A DNA stretch of 62,218 nt, counting the filler. It is 16 parts of 16 records of this genome, joined end to end, with 100 filler letters (N's around TTAATTAATTAA, not from the genome) between each part and the next. Parts side by side here need not be neighbours in the genome. Positions count along the whole stretch, not along the records: positions 59,213 to 62,218 come from SRR15195285_17723; 15 more parts are not named here. One strand, given 5' to 3'. The notes under the pieces are model-generated. The model worked only from the letters and a program-made list of their open reading frames with translations. It did no database searches and was not told the DNA's origin. The position numbers were made by a program, and so were the translations under genes. This document shows, in pieces, positions 59,213-62,218 of the stretch. Position 1 is the first letter of the stretch. Every line of letters begins with the position of its first letter.

Positions 59213-61154
59213 CACCGCGTGCAATTTTTGAATGCATGCTCCATCTAAATATGACAATCAGAAGAGCTGCGTAGGCAGAAAACGCCGCAAGCAACACGTG
59301 AATCAAGTTCCCCTTGATGGATGCAGGGTCGTCAACTTCGCCTGCGAGTATGTATTCTATCTGTGTGTAGAACACGGGCAGAACCATGAGCAAAATGAAT
59401 GCCGGCAGCATTATCATCCCCATATAGAAAACGCTAATCTTGACCAAGCGCGAGTTCTGCGAAATATCCCCTCGGAACGTGTCCATAGGTACCCAAACCA
59501 TTAGACCCCATGGAGTAAAAGTCACAAGCTGGGCGGTCTGCCACAATGCAAACCAAACTCTTTCCTTTTGTGTGTACGCTTGTCGGTCATCCTCCGCGTC
59601 ATCAACGTCATCGTTTGCATTCAGAATACGCCTGCGTTTCTTGGGTGGACCGCACAGTTTGAATCGAAGGCGTCTTACACATCTATGCGCCGATGTGTTG
59701 TAGCGTGCGCGCAAATTGAAGCAGTTTTCTATAATCGCAGCCATGACGAAGCCAAACAAAGGGTTCAAAAAAACGGAAAACACGCGAACATGGGAAAGAG
59801 ATGCAAGAGACTGCTCGTCGTTTCCAATGACCCCGTAGCTTGCCCCGATGAGCAGAATTGCAAACACAATCTGTGGTGTCCAGCACAGTGATGTGCCAAA
59901 AAGCGTTAGTCGTATCACTCGGGCCGCCCTATGATCGCGGTTGAACCTCGACGCAGCCTTCTTCTGTACCCGTGCAGCGTTGTGATCGTACAGCACTGCT
60001 TTATCAATATTCCCAACAATCTCCTTGTGCTGCTTCACCTTGCTCCAGCAGAAGAAATAGGCCGTCGCAGTATAGAACATGCACACTAGAACCGGCATAT
60101 AGAACAGTCCAAAGGCTCGCAACGGTGAGTCCATGTTGATGGAACACCATCCTGTTGTTGCAAGCGGCTGAAAACTAAATGTTGGCTCGCGCCCGCCTGC
60201 TGATGGCAGGAGCATCCCACCGACCAGCAGCAGCGGGATTCCAAAGCACGCCGCATGAAAAAACTTCATCACGCTGACTTGTTTAGTCAGCAGCGGCGCG
60301 TCTTGCGTCGGATTGGCCTCCTGTTTCTTCATCTCAGCTTCTAGCTCCTCTGCTGTGAGCTCGATCTCGACAGTTGTCTTTGAGGTCCTTAAGACAACAA
60401 ACTTGTACACGCCGTTCGACGCGGCAGTGAGCCAAAAGAGTGTAGCCAGCTGAACATGAACACACGGTGTGTCAATTTGAGGTGTACATCATGGACAGAG
60501 CTAGAACTATCTGCACCTGAAAGTACGTCACAGCAGCGCCCTGGGCCTGGCAGGGCCATGACGAGCTACCGTCTTGCATCGTAGCTGTGGCTCTGTGAAA
60601 CACCGCGGCACGTACGTCACGGAAAGTTCAAGGCATCGCGCGTGCTGGGCACACGCACGGCAGTGCTAACGATCGACTCACCGGATGCTAGTCAGCACAA
60701 GCAGCGACGTCAAACCGCAGCAGAGTGCCGAGAACGCAAAACATGTCTCCAGCAAAGATAACTCTTCGCCCTGCGGCCGAAACAACGACGGCAAGGTCGC
60801 TGAGAAACCGCTCGCCGAGCTAGATTGCACAGGCTATTTCTACATACGCACAGCATGTAGCCCCGTCGCGACCACAACGTAGAGCGCACTCAGCAGCGAC
60901 AGTACGGTACAAGCGTGTGGCCAGATATCGAGTATCACCGCCATCCCCGGGCCAAGCGCGTCTGCGATCCCTCCCGCTACGTCTCCGGCAAACTCCGTGC
61001 CAACACCAAGTGCAGCCGCAGTGGCCGCCACTGCCCGGTCCCCCAGCTTATCACCAAGGGTGGCGCTCGAGTCGACGTCGCCAGCGTCCGAGCCCTCTCC
61101 TGTGAAATTTCCATCGGGGTCGCCCTGCATCCTCCGCCATATCGCAGACGCCAT
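59213..61154 (-). CDS. cAMP-receptor/GCR1-like GPCR with extra C-terminal TM helices (3'-truncated); exons 60852-61154, 60682-60770, 60517-60592, 59213-60449
   Basis: The spliced product gives TM3 CQAQGAAVTYFQLATLFWL, TM4 FFHAACFGIPLLL, ECL2 GWCSI, TM5 FYMPV, TM6 LCWTP and TM7 NPLFGF. All three introns join in frame. Confidence 0.8.
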
Positions 61155-61294
61155 CGTGGCACGCACAGGCTACCTCAGCCCACGCACAGTACCGCCGAGC
61201 GCGCTGACTTGGGCGTTCGCACGCCTCCCCGATGGCACACAACCATCAGGCGACGTGGCGCTCCTGGCGGCACGGTGCTTGAGCACAATTGACT

Positions 61295-62050
61295 TACTAG
61301 AGTAGTAGTGCTACAAGGCCTCTGCAGCATGCTCTGCAGGCCAAGCTGGTCAGGAGACTGGAGAGCTGTAATACCTACTGTATACTACTACTAGTAGGAA
61401 GTTCCTAGTAGTACGTGTACTCTAGCTAGTAGATCTAGTAGTGTATACATGTACTAGTACACGATAGTACAAACTACTATGATGGTACAATGAATTGAAC
61501 TACGAAATTGCGATTCTCTACACCTCTAGCTAGAGATCTAGCTAGCTCTAGAGCACAGTACGTGTACAATTGTACGCTACATGCAGTACTAGTACTCTAG
61601 CTAGAGTACATGTGCTAGCACATGTACTATACTACTAGTAGCAGTAGTACTCGAGTACTACTATAGTACCAGGTACAGCTGTAGAGGTACTAGTACTATT
61701 AATCGCTAGAGCTCTAGCTAGCTAGAGTGTAGTATTGTACAGTACTAGCTAGATCTACTAGTAGTACATTGCTCATCAGTACTCTATATAATATAGTACG
61801 ATGTGTGGTATCATGATATACGCATTACAGTCGTACAGCTGTACGGCTCTACACGTACATGTAACACTGTTTTTATACTACTACCAGCTAGTACAAGTGC
61901 AACCTGGCCCGAAATGCATCGGATTGTGATTCCAGACACATCCCAGGCAGGACGTCAGACGCAATTACTCGGTACTCAATACTCAAGTACGGGCGTACCG
62001 TACCACCTTCGCGGATTGCCGAGTACAGCTGTACATGTACTGAACTCATC
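61295..62050. repeat. Low-complexity intergenic tract rich in CTAG/GTAC/AGCT/TAGTA palindromic words
   Basis: For example ctctagctagtagatctagtagtgtatacatgtactagtac and gagctctagctagctagag. No credible ORF. Confidence 0.85.
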
Positions 62051-62218
62051 GAGAGAAGATCAGTAAAATACCTTATATACCGAGGGCACTGAGTTGTGAG
62101 TTGCACTGGTACCCAGAAGCGTGTGACCGCCGGCAGAGGCACCGTCGGCGGGTGACACGACGTGATGGTGGTGGCGCCGCTTGGATGGGCGTTCCCATGC
62201 CTGCGGATGGCGCAACAG

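Overview
This window is not one locus. It is 16 short contigs (about 3-5 kb each) joined by 15 artificial 100-bp spacers (44 N + TTAATTAATTAA + 44 N), so adjacency across spacers is meaningless. The DNA is GC-rich, gene-dense and eukaryotic. It has short GT-AG introns (57-184 nt) whose phases I checked by hand, signal peptides, and PH/WW/ankyrin/TSP1/SAM/dynamin/GPCR domains. It looks like a single-cell or metagenome-assembled genome of a heterotrophic marine protist. Picozoa-like is my guess from recurring PEPEPE tracts, a SAP-like repeat and an intron motif; this is not established. The standout is a six-exon gene (7082-10799, minus, 1103 aa). It fuses an RRM to an intact RelA/SpoT-type alarmone synthetase resembling the bacterial Apk/polymorphic-toxin class, followed by a second, catalytically degenerate copy of the same domain. 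This is a candidate eukaryotic RNA-linked nucleotide-signalling or self-inhibited toxin system. Other notable items: a 30-bp repeat at both ends of one contig that appears to supply a splice acceptor to TRM13; a GT-B/beta-propeller/pseudo-NSUN fusion; a PLA2-bearing toxin-like membrane protein with a SAM tail; a ferric reductase with an inserted bacterial-type domain; a WW-PH-Niban-like protein; a TPS/TPP double pseudoenzyme; and palindrome-rich intergenic DNA. All domain calls come from motif recognition by eye; no database searches were run.
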